From Candidatus Latescibacterota bacterium (lineage in GTDB: Bacteria > Latescibacterota > UBA2968 > UBA8231), in contig CBDCSU010000006.1 of assembly GCA_965221775.1 (NCBI GenBank), forward strand, positions 1,223,342 to 1,255,341: 32,000 nucleotides of DNA, read 5' to 3'. This document shows positions 31,635 to 32,000 of the stretch, one piece after another. The stretch's first letter is position 1. Each line of letters opens with the position of its first letter. The position numbers and the translations under genes are program-made. A model generated the notes under the pieces. The model was not told the origin of the DNA. It worked only from the letters and a program-made list of their open reading frames with translations, and did not search any database.

Positions 31635-32000
31635 TCACAAGTCGTACTCGCCGCGCGCGTTCCAGCCCGGGTACTGGTCTTCGAGGCGGGCCAGCGTCTC
31701 CCGGGTGTAGTACTCGTGGCCGGGGGGCGGAAAGCGGAAGAGGGCCCGCTCGCGCGCCGACAGCCGGCCGATGAAACCCCGGAAGTGCTCGTTCATCCCC
31801 TGGTTGGTAAAGCTGCTCACGCCCTCCCAGTAGTGGTCGGCGCGGCCGTAGATCCGCGTGGCGGAATAGCGCTGCCCCTCGCTGCCCTTGAACACCGTCG
31901 CCGAGTGCCAGAGATGGGTGTGGAAGACCATGATCGTGTTCGCCGGCACGGTCAGCAGGACCTGCTTGCTCAGGTCTTTCCCATGGGGCCTGGGCACGAT
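31635..32000 (-). CDS. Phytanoyl-CoA dioxygenase (PhyH) family Fe(II)/2-oxoglutarate oxygenase, 5'-truncated by the window end
   Basis: The frame is open to nt 32000. VPANTIMVFHTHLWHSATVFKGSEGQRYSATRIY resembles the C-terminal His/Arg region of PhyH-family proteins. Confidence 0.6.
   Translation of the reverse strand: MVPRPHGKDLSKQVLLTVPANTIMVFHTHLWHSATVFKGSEGQRYSATRIYGRADHYWEGVSSFTNQGMNEHFRGFIGRLSARERALFRFPPPGHEYYTRETLARLEDQYPGWNARGEYDL

Noticed and set aside
1-32000. CRISPR arrays, tRNA/rRNA genes, IS elements, integrases, toxin-antitoxin or known defence systems
   Set aside because: No spacer-repeat periodicity or RNA-gene-sized non-coding gaps are present; the largest gaps are 176, 112 and 108 nt. 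No transposase or integrase-like ORF was seen on either strand.

Overview
The window is gene-dense and has high but patchy GC: hand counts of 60-nt samples run from about 47% to 77%. I support 24 protein-coding genes. I saw no rRNA, tRNA, CRISPR array, transposase or integrase. A FlgD-Ig/T9SS-type C-terminal sorting domain, many lipoproteins and the high GC suggest an uncultured FCB-group-like or similar Gram-negative bacterium; that placement is inference only. Many long ORFs in the six-frame track are antisense shadows of real genes, as expected at high GC. Left third (2-11606, + strand): a hypothetical gene, a TlpA-like thioredoxin lipoprotein with five novel tandem repeats, a GH33 sialidase, a SIMPL/DUF541 lipoprotein, a large secreted discoidin-like plus possible DUF4091/GH123-like protein with a sorting domain, a zincin-PD40-Omp85-like protein, and an orphan low-GC LivJ-type binding protein followed by a decayed copy of part of the upstream gene. 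Centre: pip-GNAT, then the most interesting locus. A Rieske non-heme-iron oxygenase (13103-14143) lies convergent to a five-gene, translationally coupled minus-strand operon (23308 to 14256). That operon encodes an outer-membrane factor, a periplasmic adaptor, an RND pump, a GPP34/GOLPH3-like domain fused to a cytochrome P450, and an unmistakable ERG6-type sterol C-24 methyltransferase. I propose it is a candidate sterol-like lipid tailoring and export system. Right third: a divergent glycoside-hydrolase-like/BNR pair, a helicase IV (HelD)-like protein with C-terminal topoisomerase-type zinc ribbons, a DUF1538-DUF1538-PII-like-CBS module, and a truncated PhyH-family dioxygenase.
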